Counted from the whole stretch's first letter, positions 27,228-39,301 are shown. The stretch is 63,754 nt of DNA, filler included, from Octopus bimaculoides (GCF_001194135.2; 8 parts of 7 records of this genome joined end to end with filler, not necessarily neighbours in it); one strand, 5' to 3'. The notes: generated from the letters alone by a model not told the origin. Program-made: numbers and translations.

Positions 27228-28019
27228 NNNNNNNNNNNNNNNNNNNNNNNNNNNNNNNNNNNNNNNNNNNNNNNNNNNNNNNNNNNNNNNNNNNNNNNNN
27301 NNNNNNNNNNNNNNNNNNNNNNNNNNNNNNNNNNNNNNNNNNNNNNNNNNNNNNNNNNNNNNNNNNNNNNNNNNNNNNNNNNNNNNNNNNNNNNNNNNNN
27401 NNNNNNNNNNNNNNNNNNNNNNNNNNNNNNNNNNNNNNNNNNNNNNNNNNNNNNNNNNNNNNNNNNNNNNNNNNNNNNNNNNNNNNNNNNNNNNNNNNNN
27501 NNNNNNNNNNNNNNNNNNNNNNNNNNNNNNNNNNNNNNNNNNNNNNNNNNNNNNNNNNNNNNNNNNNNNNNNNNNNNNNNNNNNNNNNNNNNNNNNNNNN
27601 NNNNNNNNNNNNNNNNNNNNNNNNNNNNNNNNNNNNNNNNNNNNNNNNNNNNNNNNNNNNNNNNNNNNNNNNNNNNNNNNNNNNNNNNNNNNNNNNNNNN
27701 NNNNNNNNNNNNNNNNNNNNNNNNNNNNNNNNNNNNNNNNNNNNNNNNNNNNNNNNNNNNNNNNNNNNNNNNNNNNNNNNNNNNNNNNNNNNNCCGCCAC
27801 CACCACCACCACCGCCGCCGCCGCCGCCACCACCACCGAATGCAAGAACGGAATAGCGACGTTGACAAAGGCATTCAAAGCGAATAATAATTACAGGAAC
27901 GATTTTAATGTCTCTTTTCTCATCAGTTTCCGATTTTTCTTCCAACACCTCTTTGCCTCCTACACCTGTACTCGTTCCTCATTCTCTCTTCACCTTCTTC
28001 TTCGTCATCAACACCAGCA

Positions 28020-28546
28020 CGAGCAGCAGCAGAAGATGCTGCGGCAGCGACCACAGCAGCAGCAGCAACAGTAGCTATATCATCATCATCGTCATCATCA
28101 TCGTCATCATCATCGTCAGCTCATCATCGTCATCATCATCGTCATCATCATCATCATCATCAACATCATCATCATCATCCTTATCGTCATCATCGCCATC
28201 ATCATCATAATCGTCATCATCATCATCATCATAATCATCATCATCATCATCATCATCCTCGTCGTCATCATCATCATCATCCTTATCGTCCTCATCACCA
28301 TCATCATCATAATCGTCATCATCATCATCATCATAATCCTCATCATCATCATCGTCATCATTATCATCATCATCATCATCTTCAGCAGCCACAAGAGCAT
28401 GGATGTTATTAATGTCGTTGTCATCAGTGTGAACGAGATCAAATAGATCAACTTCCACAATACCAATAAATGAAAAAAAAAACAAACAAACGAACAAAAA
28501 ATTTAAAAAAATTATAGTGAACTTAATAATAGCAATTGTAGTAAAT

Positions 28547-28608
<62 letters not shown>
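28020..28608. repeat. CAG/CAT/AAT trinucleotide block
   Basis: Seen directly. Confidence 0.9.
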
Positions 28609-30827
28609 NNNNNNNNNNNNNNNNNNNNNNNNNNNNNNNNNNNNNNNNNNNNTTAATTAATTAANNNNNNNNNNNNNNNNNNNNNNNNNNNNNNNNNNNN
28701 NNNNNNNNTTTTTTTATAATTATCTTATTTTTTAGGTTTTGTTTTAATATCTAGTTTGTCTTTCTCAAATATTGTCTCCCTAACTCCTTTTCCGTTTTTT
28801 TTTTTCTCTTTTTTTTTTTGTCTTTCCTCATATTTTCTGAGTGGCGCCCTTACTTCCCGCCTGCTCGCTTTTCAATCAGTTTTCACGTGATAACGTACGA
28901 GAAGTGTAGCCTACGGCATTTTATACTCGGCTTATATTATTATATTTCTTTGTATGCTATATCGATTTCTAAACAACTTATATGCGATTTCAGATTTACA
29001 CACGCACACGCACACACAGACACACACGCACACACACACACACACACATACACACACATTTATGAATATATATATATATATACATACATAATACATATAT
29101 ATATATATAAGCATTTATACATAAATCGATATGCATACATACATACTTATATATGCAAATATACACACACATATATGTATTATGTGTAGGTATATATATA
29201 TATATATATACATATATATATACATATATATACATGTATGTACATATATGTGTGTGTGTCTGTCTGTGTCTGTGTCTGTGTCTGTGTATATTTGTATGTA
29301 TACCCTTCTTTTTAACGAATCTGAAGATGCGTTGAAGAGATAATAAAAAAGGAATGTGTCAGACGAATTTCCAGTGTTCGAGGAAGAGTGGAAATTATTA
29401 ATATTCTTTCGCTGACATAAATGGTAAATCAATTTGTATCAGATGTCAACGAAGATTCACTTTGATACCAGACATGCAAAAGAATATTTTTCAGCCGAAA
29501 GAAAAAAAAAGGAAAAAGCTGTTGAATTGATAATTCAAATGAAGTAAAAAATATATATATTATGGAAAACTTTTTCTTTACTAATGATCATATTACTAAC
29601 GTTAGCTACATTATTGCCCATTAAATTATTATGTATAATAAACCTTTACAGAAGGTGAATTCATTAAAGATTGCATCATAGTGTCTGTTACTGTCATAAA
29701 CCGACAAGCTCCATTATTTGTTGTTGTTGCTTTCGTTCTTTTCAACTTCCTGCGCAGAAAGCTTTTAGATGAGTAATGCTTCCACATATGTAGCATCTAG
29801 GTCACCTATCTGGATGCTGTGCTTTAAGGTCTTCCTTTACAGCGTCCACCAACCACCGGGCCGCAGACCAATACCCAGCTGTGAGTCATTTGGTACCGGA
29901 CCGCACAAAAAGAACAAATTTTTCAATTTTATTTCTATTTTATTGATTATCGCAGTCTTCAGGGTATTTTTGCATTATATGCGTATTATATTTTTTGCAT
30001 TATATGCGTAATATATACGTGGGGGCGGTTACTATTTATGCAATAATTGAATTATAAATAACGCCCTTTACTGAGATTTTTTTATGCGCGTGGTGCCACG
30101 GTCCCTAGAAACATGGTCTTGCATAGAAACATGGTCTGCAGAAAACAGTTTTGGCATTGCTTTGTAGTCTTGCGGATTCAGGAGGAGTTGAATGTCCATG
30201 GGAATCTTACCCAACCTCATATCGCCGAATGTCACATCTGTGCTTACCACTCGTTCATATTGTGCCGCAAAGATGATTACTGCCAAGGGGTCGACAGAGT
30301 TGACATCGTCATCTGTGTCCTTGACGGTAACACTTGCGCTTCTCATTCTTGTAGGCAAGTGTCTCATGAGGTATTTGTGTTTGGACTTTTGCCCTCTCTT
30401 CAGGTTTAAAAATGGCGCATATACTGCTATATATTCCCCTCTTCTCCCAGTGGAGAATATTTTACTTAAAATATCTGCCAGGGTCGTTTTCAATACAAGC
30501 TTGGGTGAGATCAGAAAATCCGTTGTGTCTTTCGTGATACAGGGGTACGTTAATTTTCTTCATTTTTTTCCTCCCTCTTACAATTACTCCTTCTATAATT
30601 CCTCTGTAATTCCTCCATCTATAATTACTTGTGGAAAGCAAGCTCCAGTTTAGTGGAAAAATATCATCAATACTTTTACTCCTCGAAAAAATGTTTCATA
30701 TCGAAGGCTTTGCTGTTGGAAAAACACATTAGCAAAAGTCTGTTCCTATTTACACTCGAAACGATACACGTATGCACACTGTTGTTGTCGCTTCTGCTGT
30801 TGTCGACGACAAAATTTCTACCGACTG

Positions 30828-30884
<57 letters not shown>

Positions 30885-30907
30885 CTCTCTCTCTCTCTCT
30901 CTCATTA

Positions 30908-31030
30908 CATTCTGAGTTCAAATTCCGCCGGGGCAATTCTGCCTTTTATCCCTCTGAGATCAATAAAATAAAGTGCCAGTCGACTAATCCCCTCCTCTCG
31001 ACATTGGTGGCCTTGTACCAAAATATGAAA
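30908..31030 (+). mobile_element. SINE family A, 5'-truncated
   Basis: ttctgagttcaaattccgccggggcaattctgccttttatccc. Confidence 0.75.
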
Positions 31031-31046
31031 CAAATTATTATTATTG

Positions 31047-31108
<62 letters not shown>

Positions 31109-31731
31109 GTTGTTGTTGTTGTTGTTATTATTATTATTATTATTATTATCAACATCGATATCATCATCATCCTCATCATCATCATCATCATCATAATCAT
31201 CATCATCATCGTCATCGTCATCATCATCATCATCATCGTCGTCATCGTCATCATCATCATCATCATCCTCTCAGCGCCAATAATTGCATGCAAGCGCAAT
31301 ATTCTCAGGAGGAACACAAACTACTCTTTTTACACTTTTATCGATTTTCGGGTTGGATATCAAAGTTGATTCTGGTAAGATCAACCAAGCACTTAAATGG
31401 TTAAAAGTAAATATTCTTTGATTTAATTTTTATTTTATTGTAAATATTTCTATCTCTATCGGAAATCATTACAGAATCGATATGATGTTCAAAGCAAGTA
31501 TTATTCGCTCATTTTCTAAGGTTAGCTTCCAAAACTAAATTTTAAAATTTAGAATTAATTTCAAATATTTAAAAACATTATTTAACACACAAAGGCATTC
31601 GCCATTTCAGTTGTAAACAGTCATTCCTTTCATTCGAACTCTCAATTATGGAATCACTTCGGTTTTACTATAAACTCAAATGGCTTGCAGATCGTTGAAG
31701 ACAACATGCAATAAAATTAGCTATCACTTAC

Positions 31732-31821
31732 TTGTCTCTTAAGATTGACCACAGCTCTCCGCCCAAACAGGCTTCCATTAACATATATATATATTTTTTA
31801 TCTCGAAACGTCCGGTACATT
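31732..31821 (-). CDS. PRKG1: PKG exon (90 nt, phase 2-2), kinase subdomains IV-V
   Basis: Acceptor cacaaaacaccAG, donor GTAAGT. Translates (K)[29 protein letters not shown](K), with the PKG hallmark [13 protein letters not shown]. Confidence 0.97.
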
Positions 31822-32425
31822 CTGGTGTTTTGTGTTATGAAAAACAATAAGAAACACATTATATAAACTGTTTTAAATGCATACATATANNNNNNNNNNN
31901 NNNNNNNNNNNNNNNNNNNNNNNNNNNNNNNNNNNNNNNNNNNNNNNNNNNNNNNNNNNNNNNNNNNNNNNNNNNNNNNNNNNNNNNNNNNNNNNNNNNN
32001 NNNNNNNNNNNNNNNNNNNNNNNNNNNNNNNNNNNNNNNNNNNNNNNNNNNNNNNNNNNNNNNNNNNNNNNNNNNNNNNNNNNNNNNNNNNNNNNNNNNN
32101 NNNNNNNNNNNNNNNNNNNNNNNNNNNNNNNNNNNNNNNNNNNNNNNNNNNNNNNNNNNNNNNNNNNNNNNNNNNNNNNNNNNNNNNNNNNNNNNNNNNN
32201 NNNNNNNNNNNNNNNNNNNNNNNNNNNNNNNNNNNNNNNNNNNNNNNNNNNNNNNNNNNNNNNNNNNNNNNNNNNNNNNNNNNNNNNNNNNNNNNNNNNN
32301 NNNNNNNNNNNNNNNNNNNNNNNNNNNNNNNNNNNNNNNNNNNNNNNNNNNNNNNNNNNNNNNNNNNNNNNNNNNNNNNNNNNNNNNNNNNNNNNNNNNN
32401 NNNNNNNNNNNNNNNNNNNNNNNNN

Positions 32426-32495
<70 letters not shown>

Positions 32496-32526
32496 ATGTG
32501 TATGTTATATATTGGGTTGCTGCATA

Positions 32527-32745
32527 ATTATTGCGGCTTTCATTTCAACAAATTTTATTCAACAAAATCAATAACAATATTTAACAAAAAATTCTTTAAA
32601 TGACGGTCTCATCGTCTGCCAAGCAAATGGGAAGCAGTAATTGAAGTAGATAGTGTATATGCTCCGAAATAATCATTTAAAGATGTTTTTGTTGAATGTT
32701 ATTGTTTTTGTTGAATAAAATTTGTTGAAAAAAAGCTGCAATAAT
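32527..32745 (+). mobile_element. Mariner-derived MITE with ~75-bp inverted arms
   Basis: Arms 32527-32603 and 32673-32745 are reverse complements with a few indels. The 69-bp spacer reads HRLPSKWEAVIEVDSVYAPK*, like a mariner C-terminus. Confidence 0.75.
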
Positions 32746-32775
32746 GATGCACCAACCGAATGTGTATGTGTTTAG

Positions 32776-32965
32776 GGCAGCGAGCTGGCAAAATCGGATA
32801 AAATGCCAAGCAGCATTTCGTCCGTCTGTACGTTGTAAGTTTAAATACTGCCGACGTCGACTTACATTCTTTAGGAGTTGACAAAATAAGTAGCAGTTGA
32901 ACATTGGGGTCGATTTAATCAACTTAGCTCCCTCCTCCGCACTTGCTGGCTTGGTGTCACAAAGA
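32776..32965 (+). mobile_element. SINE family A
   Basis: ggcagcgagctggcaaaatcgg head plus core domain. Confidence 0.8.
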
Positions 32966-33848
32966 TGTAATGCCAAACGCGGCATTTTTCTCCATGTGAA
33001 CATTCAGTCAAGTGGTAATTGCCGAAGAAATGATGGCTAGTTATTATATGAGCGTGTAAATAAGTCCATTATTGAAACGTGTACAATGGTAATCTGAATA
33101 AATCATTTTACGTGTGTGTGAGTGTGTGTGTGTTTGTGTGAGTGTGTGTGTGTTTGTGTTTGTGCGTGAGTGCGTGTAGTGTGTGTATATGCATGTACAT
33201 ATATGTGTGTGTATGTGTGTGCGCTTATTTATATATATATATATATATATATANNNNNNNNNNNNNNNNNNNNNNNNNNNNNNNNNNNNNNNNNNNNNNN
33301 NNNNNNNNNNNNNNNNNNNNNNNNNNNNNNNNNNNNNNNNNNNNNNNNNNNNNNNNNNNNNNNNNNNNNNNNNNNNNNNNNNNNNNNNNNNNNNNNNNNN
33401 NNNNNNNNNNNNNNNNNNNNNNNNNNNNNNNNNNNNNNNNNNNNNNNNNNNNNNNNNNNNNNNNNNNNNNNNNNNNNNNNNNNNNNNNNNNNNNNNNNNN
33501 NNNNNNNNNNNNNNNNNNNNNNNNNNNNNNNNNNNNNNNNNNNNNNNNNNNNNNNNNNNNNNNNNNNNNNNNNNNNNNNNNNNNNNNNNNNNNNNNNNNN
33601 NNNNNNNNNNNNNNNNNNNNNNNNNNNNNNNNNNNNNNNNNNNNNNNNNNNNNNNNNNNNNNNNNNNNNNNNNNNNNNNNNNNNNAGAAGAAGAAGAAGA
33701 AGAAGAAGAAGAAGAAGAAGAAGAAGAAGAAGAAGAAGAAGAAGAAGAAGGTGGTGGTGGTGGAGTTGTGGCAAAAACATTGTGCACAATACAATGCAAT
33801 ACAATATGGTGGCCAAAAGCTATGAATATGTGACATCATTAAACATAC

Positions 33849-33988
33849 TTGACAACAAAAGCTGAATTTGATTCAGTCATTATTTTCTTCTCTGAATAAA
33901 TATGGTCCTGTTGCCGCGTATCTACGATGTGTTTCTTTTTCAGACATTTCAGGGCGAAGGTTTTGTTTTTATCCGTGGATAATTGAAC
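33849..33988 (-). CDS. PRKG1: PKG exon (140 nt, phase 0-2), kinase subdomains II-III
   Basis: Acceptor ctaattatAG, donor GTATGT. Translates [46 protein letters not shown](K), with catalytic Lys in FALK and alphaC Glu in SEK. Not in the ORF track. Confidence 0.97.
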
Positions 33989-35296
33989 CTATAATTAGAT
34001 AATCGAACGGTTGTTAGATGAATTCGTGTTGTAGAGAGGTTGTCATGTCAACTGGCATATAACAGGGTTAGAGGCTGACGACTGCATTTTATTGGCAGAC
34101 AATAATATTCTAGCCAGCCGATAATTTTACAAGTAGACAGTTATGTTCCCTGGGTTATTTATTCTTTAAATATAATCGTGTTAATAGCAGGCGATATTGT
34201 CCGTGTGTCAACGACAGAAAACTATGCACTAGATCTTTTTGTTTTTTTTTTTCTCCATCATCATACAAAAATGTTTCAGTCAAAATGCAAAATGGAAAAC
34301 TCGAAGCAAAATATGTGCAATTATGGCGAATACAGTACAAGAAGAACTAATGCTGTAACATGAGCCTCGCTGTAAGAGGAATATACTTTTAATATTGAAA
34401 ATCAGTACATACAGCCAAAATGAATCTGATGACATGATTTATTGTCCTGGCAATAAAAGCAAAGGTTTCATGATTTCGTTAAATGTCACTCTTCTCTATT
34501 AATCTGCAATTCACCAAATTGTTACATTTGCAGATATCAATATATGAAAAAAGAATAGCGAAACAGTTCTCCGAAATATGAAGCGATTTGTATAAAGGCT
34601 TTCAAGCTGAATGAGTCGTATGAACAGTAGTTTAACTGCGGTTTTTGCTATTCATAAGCCGCGAATTTTCGTTATTAAACCGCATGTGTATTATATTTCC
34701 TGAAGAGGAATGAACGTGTCAGATTATATGAGCTACATTAAAGACTCCTTATCTCCCTTCTCTCTCTCTCTCTTTTTCTCTCTTTCACTCTCTCTCTTTT
34801 TCTCTCTCTTTCACTCTCTCTCTCCAAAGAGTAGATATNNNNNNNNNNNNNNNNNNNNNNNNNNNNNNNNNNNNNNNNNNNNNNNNNNNNNNNNNNNNNN
34901 NNNNNNNNNNNNNNNNNNNNNNNNNNNNNNNNNNNNNNNNNNNNNNNNNNNNNNNNNNNNNNNNNNNNNNNNNNNNNNNNNNNNNNNNNNNNNNNNNNNN
35001 NNNNNNNNNNNNNNNNNNNNNNNNNNNNNNNNNNNNNNNNNNNNNNNNNNNNNNNNNNNNNNNNNNNNNNNNNNNNNNNNNNNNNNNNNNNNNNNNNNNN
35101 NNNNNNNNNNNNNNNNNNNNNNNNNNNNNNNNNNNNNNNNNNNNNNNNNNNNNNNNNNNNNNNNNNNNNNNNNNNNNNNNNNNNNNNNNNNNNNNNNNNN
35201 NNNNNNNNNNNNNNNNNNNNNNNNNNNNNNNNNNNNNNNNNNNNNNNNNNNNNNNTATATATATATATATAAAAATATATATATATATATATATAT

Positions 35297-35460
35297 ACGA
35301 CGGGCTTCTTTCAATTTCCGTCTACCAAATCCGCTCACAAGGCTTTGGTCGGCTCGAGGCTATAGTAGAAGACACTTGCCTAAGGTGCCACGCAGTGGGA
35401 CTGAACCCGGAACCATGTGGCTGGTAAGCAAGCTACCTTCCACACAGCCACTCCTGCGCC
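35297..35460 (-). mobile_element. SINE family B
   Basis: Near full-length copy ending cagccactcctgcgcc. Confidence 0.85.
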
Positions 35461-35489
35461 TATCTAATATTTAAAACTATCAATATTAC

Positions 35490-35990
35490 TACAGTACTAA
35501 AATTGAAAAAAGTTTCGGAAAAGCATCCAGTTATAAAAAGCAAGAAGCAAACAAAATCACTAACAAGAATATTAACCAATGCAAAGCTACATACTCAAAC
35601 AGCTGACGCTAAAGTAACCAAATGTAACAGACCTAACTGTGGAGTATGTAGCTACTTACTGAATGGTTCCGAATTCGATTTCAAAGGGAGCAGGGGCCTA
35701 CCTTTAAAATTAGAAACATCTCTTGCAATTCGGACAACCTAATCTTCATTATAGTATGGAAAGGATGCTGAGAACACTACAAATGATATGGCACTAAGAA
35801 AAAGAAGGACGGTTCACCGACAACATATCTGGGAACCATAGACAAGAAAAATACCCCTGCGTCAACATATAGATATCTGTGGATGATAAGTCTTCTACCA
35901 ACGCAGCAACTCAATGACGGAACAGCAACGAAACAATAAATAAATGTAATTTATGAACAAATACAAACCAAAACTCAACACATTATGCCT
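35490..35990 (+). mobile_element. Penelope-like element fragment (Cys-rich linker plus decayed GIY-YIG)
   Basis: KSKKQTKSLTRILTNAK...KCNRPNCGVC, then SCNSDNLIFIIVWKGC*EHY...LRKRRTVHRQHI...NKYKPKLN. Inside a PKG intron, antisense to the gene. Confidence 0.8.
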
Positions 35991-36506
35991 TAGTCAACTC
36001 ACAACGTTGATTATGCTTTCAGAATGTTCCTCCAATCGGTTGCACTGATGCAGACTCAACTCTCAGTATATGATAACCACAATGCAGAAAAAAACCAATA
36101 ACTATTCCGACTGGAAAGAAACAGAAATATAGCCGCTAATATGTCTATACTAATGTCCTTCTGTTGTACTTTTCTGTGACCGATAGCTACACTAACTCAA
36201 ACCCTTCATTTCCTTCCAATTTGTAATCATTGAAAGAAATGAACTCACTACTTCTCACTAACAATTAAATAATAATCACAAATGATACCGATTTATAGAC
36301 TCGGCCAGCGTGAAATAAGTCTTCTGGCCCTGAAAACAGTTCAGTTACTGAAGCAGGATACGAACTCGTAATCCCTTGGTCATTAGTTTCTAAACACCGT
36401 CGTTTCCTAAATTATGACCTCTACTAATATACTAATTTACATATGACCTCTCTATACATATATACAACAATGGTAATAGTCTCCCTTCATACTAACAAAT
36501 ACTTAC

Positions 36507-36654
36507 CAGTTCCACTCTCCCAAAACCTCCAACACCCAGTGTTGCTACCACTTCCATTTGATCCAATCGCAAATCTTCGAATTCTTTATTTGGTAATTCT
36601 CGTGTTGGGGAGATTTGTTCTTGCGACGTGGTGCTTCCGTGACCACTACTAGAC
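36507..36654 (-). CDS. PRKG1: PKG exon (148 nt, phase 2-0), linker plus kinase glycine-rich loop
   Basis: Acceptor ccccttttcAG, donor GTAAGT. Translates SSSGHGSTTSQEQISPTRELPNKEFEDLRLDQMEVVATLGVGGFGRVEL; TLGVGGFGRVEL is the PKG subdomain I signature. Confidence 0.97.
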
Positions 36655-36714
36655 CTGAAAAGGGGTAGAAACACGCTGACAATTAAATACATCTATGCAT
36701 ATAATATGCAAATG

Positions 36715-36770
<56 letters not shown>

Positions 36771-36946
36771 GGCTTGGCGATAACTATTAATATTTTTCAG
36801 TACCGCTGCCGTAGTCTCCTTTGGAGAGACTTATAAATATTAATATTTATATATATNNNNNNNNNNNNNNNNNNNNNNNNNNNNNNNNNNNNNNNNNNNN
36901 NNNNNNNNNNNNNNNNNNNNNNNNNNNNNNNNNNNNNNNNNNNNNN

Positions 36947-36986
<40 letters not shown>

Positions 36987-37140
36987 GCACACACATATGT
37001 ATAGGTATGTATACTGACTTAATGCAGAGACTACGATTAACAATGTATTTGCCGTGTGCTCCTTACGTACTCATTATGTGCACGCAATGCTTAACTAAGA
37101 GCTCACAATGTACGAAACCATGAAGAAATGAGTTACAAAC

Positions 37141-37218
37141 CTCTGCACTCCTCGTGCTTCATCTCCATAGTCCTTATCCCGAAGCTCATTCAGATCACCA
37201 ATCAATTGGTTGAACGAA
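37141..37218 (-). CDS. PRKG1: PKG exon (78 nt, phase 2-2), C-terminal helix of cNMP-B
   Basis: Acceptor ctcatctttcAG, donor GTTTGT. Translates SFNQLIGDLNELRDKDYGDEARGVQ(R). Phases match both neighbours. Confidence 0.93.
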
Positions 37219-37270
37219 CTGAAAGATGAGAAATTATATCAAAACCAGTATTAGAAATCATCATCATTAG

Positions 37271-37309
<39 letters not shown>

Positions 37310-37358
37310 TATTATTATTATTATTATTACTATTATTATTATCATTATTATTATAGAA

Positions 37359-37556
37359 GGCAGCGAGCTGGCAGAATTGTGAGCGCGCTGGACGAAATGC
37401 TTAGCAGTATTTCGTCCGTCTTTATGTTCTGAGTTCAAATTCCGCCAGGGTCGACTTTGCCTTTCATCCTATCGGGTTCGATGAATTAAGTACCAGTGAA
37501 ATACTGGGGTCGATGTAATCGATTCATCCACTCTTCCCTGGCAAAGTTTGACACCA
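37359..37556 (+). mobile_element. SINE family A inside the 575-bp PKG intron
   Basis: ggcagcgagctggcagaattg A box, gagttcaaattcc B box, core domain and (TAT)n tail. Confidence 0.85.
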
Positions 37557-37593
<37 letters not shown>

Positions 37594-37793
37594 CACTATA
37601 CTAAAGGAAATATGCATATATATTTAACGAAATAAATATCCCTCCACAGAGTTAGATTGATCCTCAGTACCTCTAGTATACTGACCTAGTTTCTTCATGC
37701 TTTTTCTTACGCAGCCTTTTACACGAGAAAAGAAGGCCTATTTGATGCGATCAAGAAATGAAACAAAACAAAAACAAAAAAATTCAAACTTAC

Positions 37794-37862
37794 TTCCGGT
37801 CAACTGTTAAACATTCCACTCCTTGTCCGAGCGCTAATACATTTGCTGTCCGTCGGTCTTCG
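37794..37862 (-). CDS. PRKG1: cGMP-dependent protein kinase exon (69 nt, phase 2-2), end of cNMP-binding domain B
   Basis: Acceptor ttttaatctctAG, donor GTAAGT. Translates (S)EDRRTANVLALGQGVECLTVDR(N), containing the RTANV phosphate-binding-cassette motif of PKG. Splices in frame to the next exon. Symbol means PRKG1-like; 1:1 orthology not established. Confidence 0.95.
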
Positions 37863-37965
37863 CTAGAGATTAAAAAGAGAACAGCATAATATATGAGAAA
37901 TGTCACATGATGTATACTATTAGAGTGCAACTAAAAATACTGCGAGAACTGGGAACATATATATG

Positions 37966-38004
<39 letters not shown>

Positions 38005-38094
38005 TGATAGAAAAGACAACAAAAGAAAGAAAGAGACCTCGGTATTATGTAAATACAGGAATTTATCTGTAACAATATAGATAGGAATTTCCAA

Positions 38095-38168
38095 TGGCCA
38101 GATAACTGAAGAGATGGCGGCGTGGGTTTCCGCCCCGGCATCCGAAACTCGGAGTTTTATCATGGCTA
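38095..38168 (+). ncRNA. Type I hammerhead ribozyme motif (apparently intact core)
   Basis: Stem I TGGCCA-GATAA (38095-38105) / TTATC-a-TGGCTA (38157-38168). Core CTGAAGA 38106-38112. Stem II GATG/CATC with inner GCGG/CCGC hairpin. GAAA 38144-38147. Stem III ACTC-g-GAGT. GUU cleavage triplet 38154-38156. Folded by eye. Confidence 0.75.
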
Positions 38169-38963
38169 CCGAATAAGTGTCACATATTTTTTTTACAGAT
38201 ATATATATATATATAGCTGTATGTATGTAAAAAGAGGGGGATATATATATATATGTATATGTGTGTGTGTGCATGTATATTTTCTTTTATTTGTTTCAGC
38301 CATTAGATTGAGGTCGCGCTGAGGCACCGCCTTGGAGAACCTTTTTNNNNNNNNNNNNNNNNNNNNNNNNNNNNNNNNNNNNNNNNNNNNNNNNNNNNNN
38401 NNNNNNNNNNNNNNNNNNNNNNNNNNNNNNNNNNNNNNGAGAGACATATATATACACATATATATACACATATATATACACATATATATACATGCATATA
38501 TATATATTCTATTCATGTAAAATGCTTACACTAAAACACACACACACATTAATTCTTCTCATTCTATTGATATTCTAAATTTAAATTCCTTGAGATTGCA
38601 GTGTAAAGTTGTCGCCACTTGGATAAATTTAAATTCAGTACTGGACCTTTTATCCGACTTATTTGGACCTCTTATCCGGACCTCTTTATCCCTGCACTAT
38701 CTTGCAATATAATGTACCCTATATTGCCATATACTGTACCCTATATTGAGTCAACAGACCCTGTCTTTCTAAGTTGGTGAATTTATATAGATGTATTAAC
38801 TTTAGTAAGTGAATTTATGAGATTAAACGAATTCTATTTTACGAGTATATTAATTTGTGCCTGTATCTGTAAGATAAAATCAGTTCTTTACTTTTCATCC
38901 TTTGATTCTCATCCTAGAAACATTAAACTGTATACACGGTACAGTATGATATGTTTTAAGTGG

Positions 38964-38996
<33 letters not shown>

Positions 38997-39193
38997 GGTC
39001 CCAAGCCTGTCGGATAATTGGTCTGGTACTGCTTAACAGCGCACAAAGCAGGTAAAATCTTTGTAAATTGTTCTCTGGTTCACCATAATAAATNNNNNNN
39101 NNNNNNNNNNNNNNNNNNNNNNNNNNNNNNNNNNNNNTTAATTAATTAANNNNNNNNNNNNNNNNNNNNNNNNNNNNNNNNNNNNNNNNNNNN

Positions 39194-39301
39194 CCATGGT
39201 CGGTTTGAGGCCATGGTCAGTTTGAGGCTATGGTCAGTTTGAGGCTATGGTCAGTTTGAGGCTATGGTCAGTTTGAGGCCATGGTCAGTTTGAGGCCATG
39301 G
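39194..39301 (+). repeat. 17-bp minisatellite c(c/t)atggtcagtttgagg, 6 units plus partial
   Basis: Units counted directly. The array begins at a gap edge and may be longer. Confidence 0.95.
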
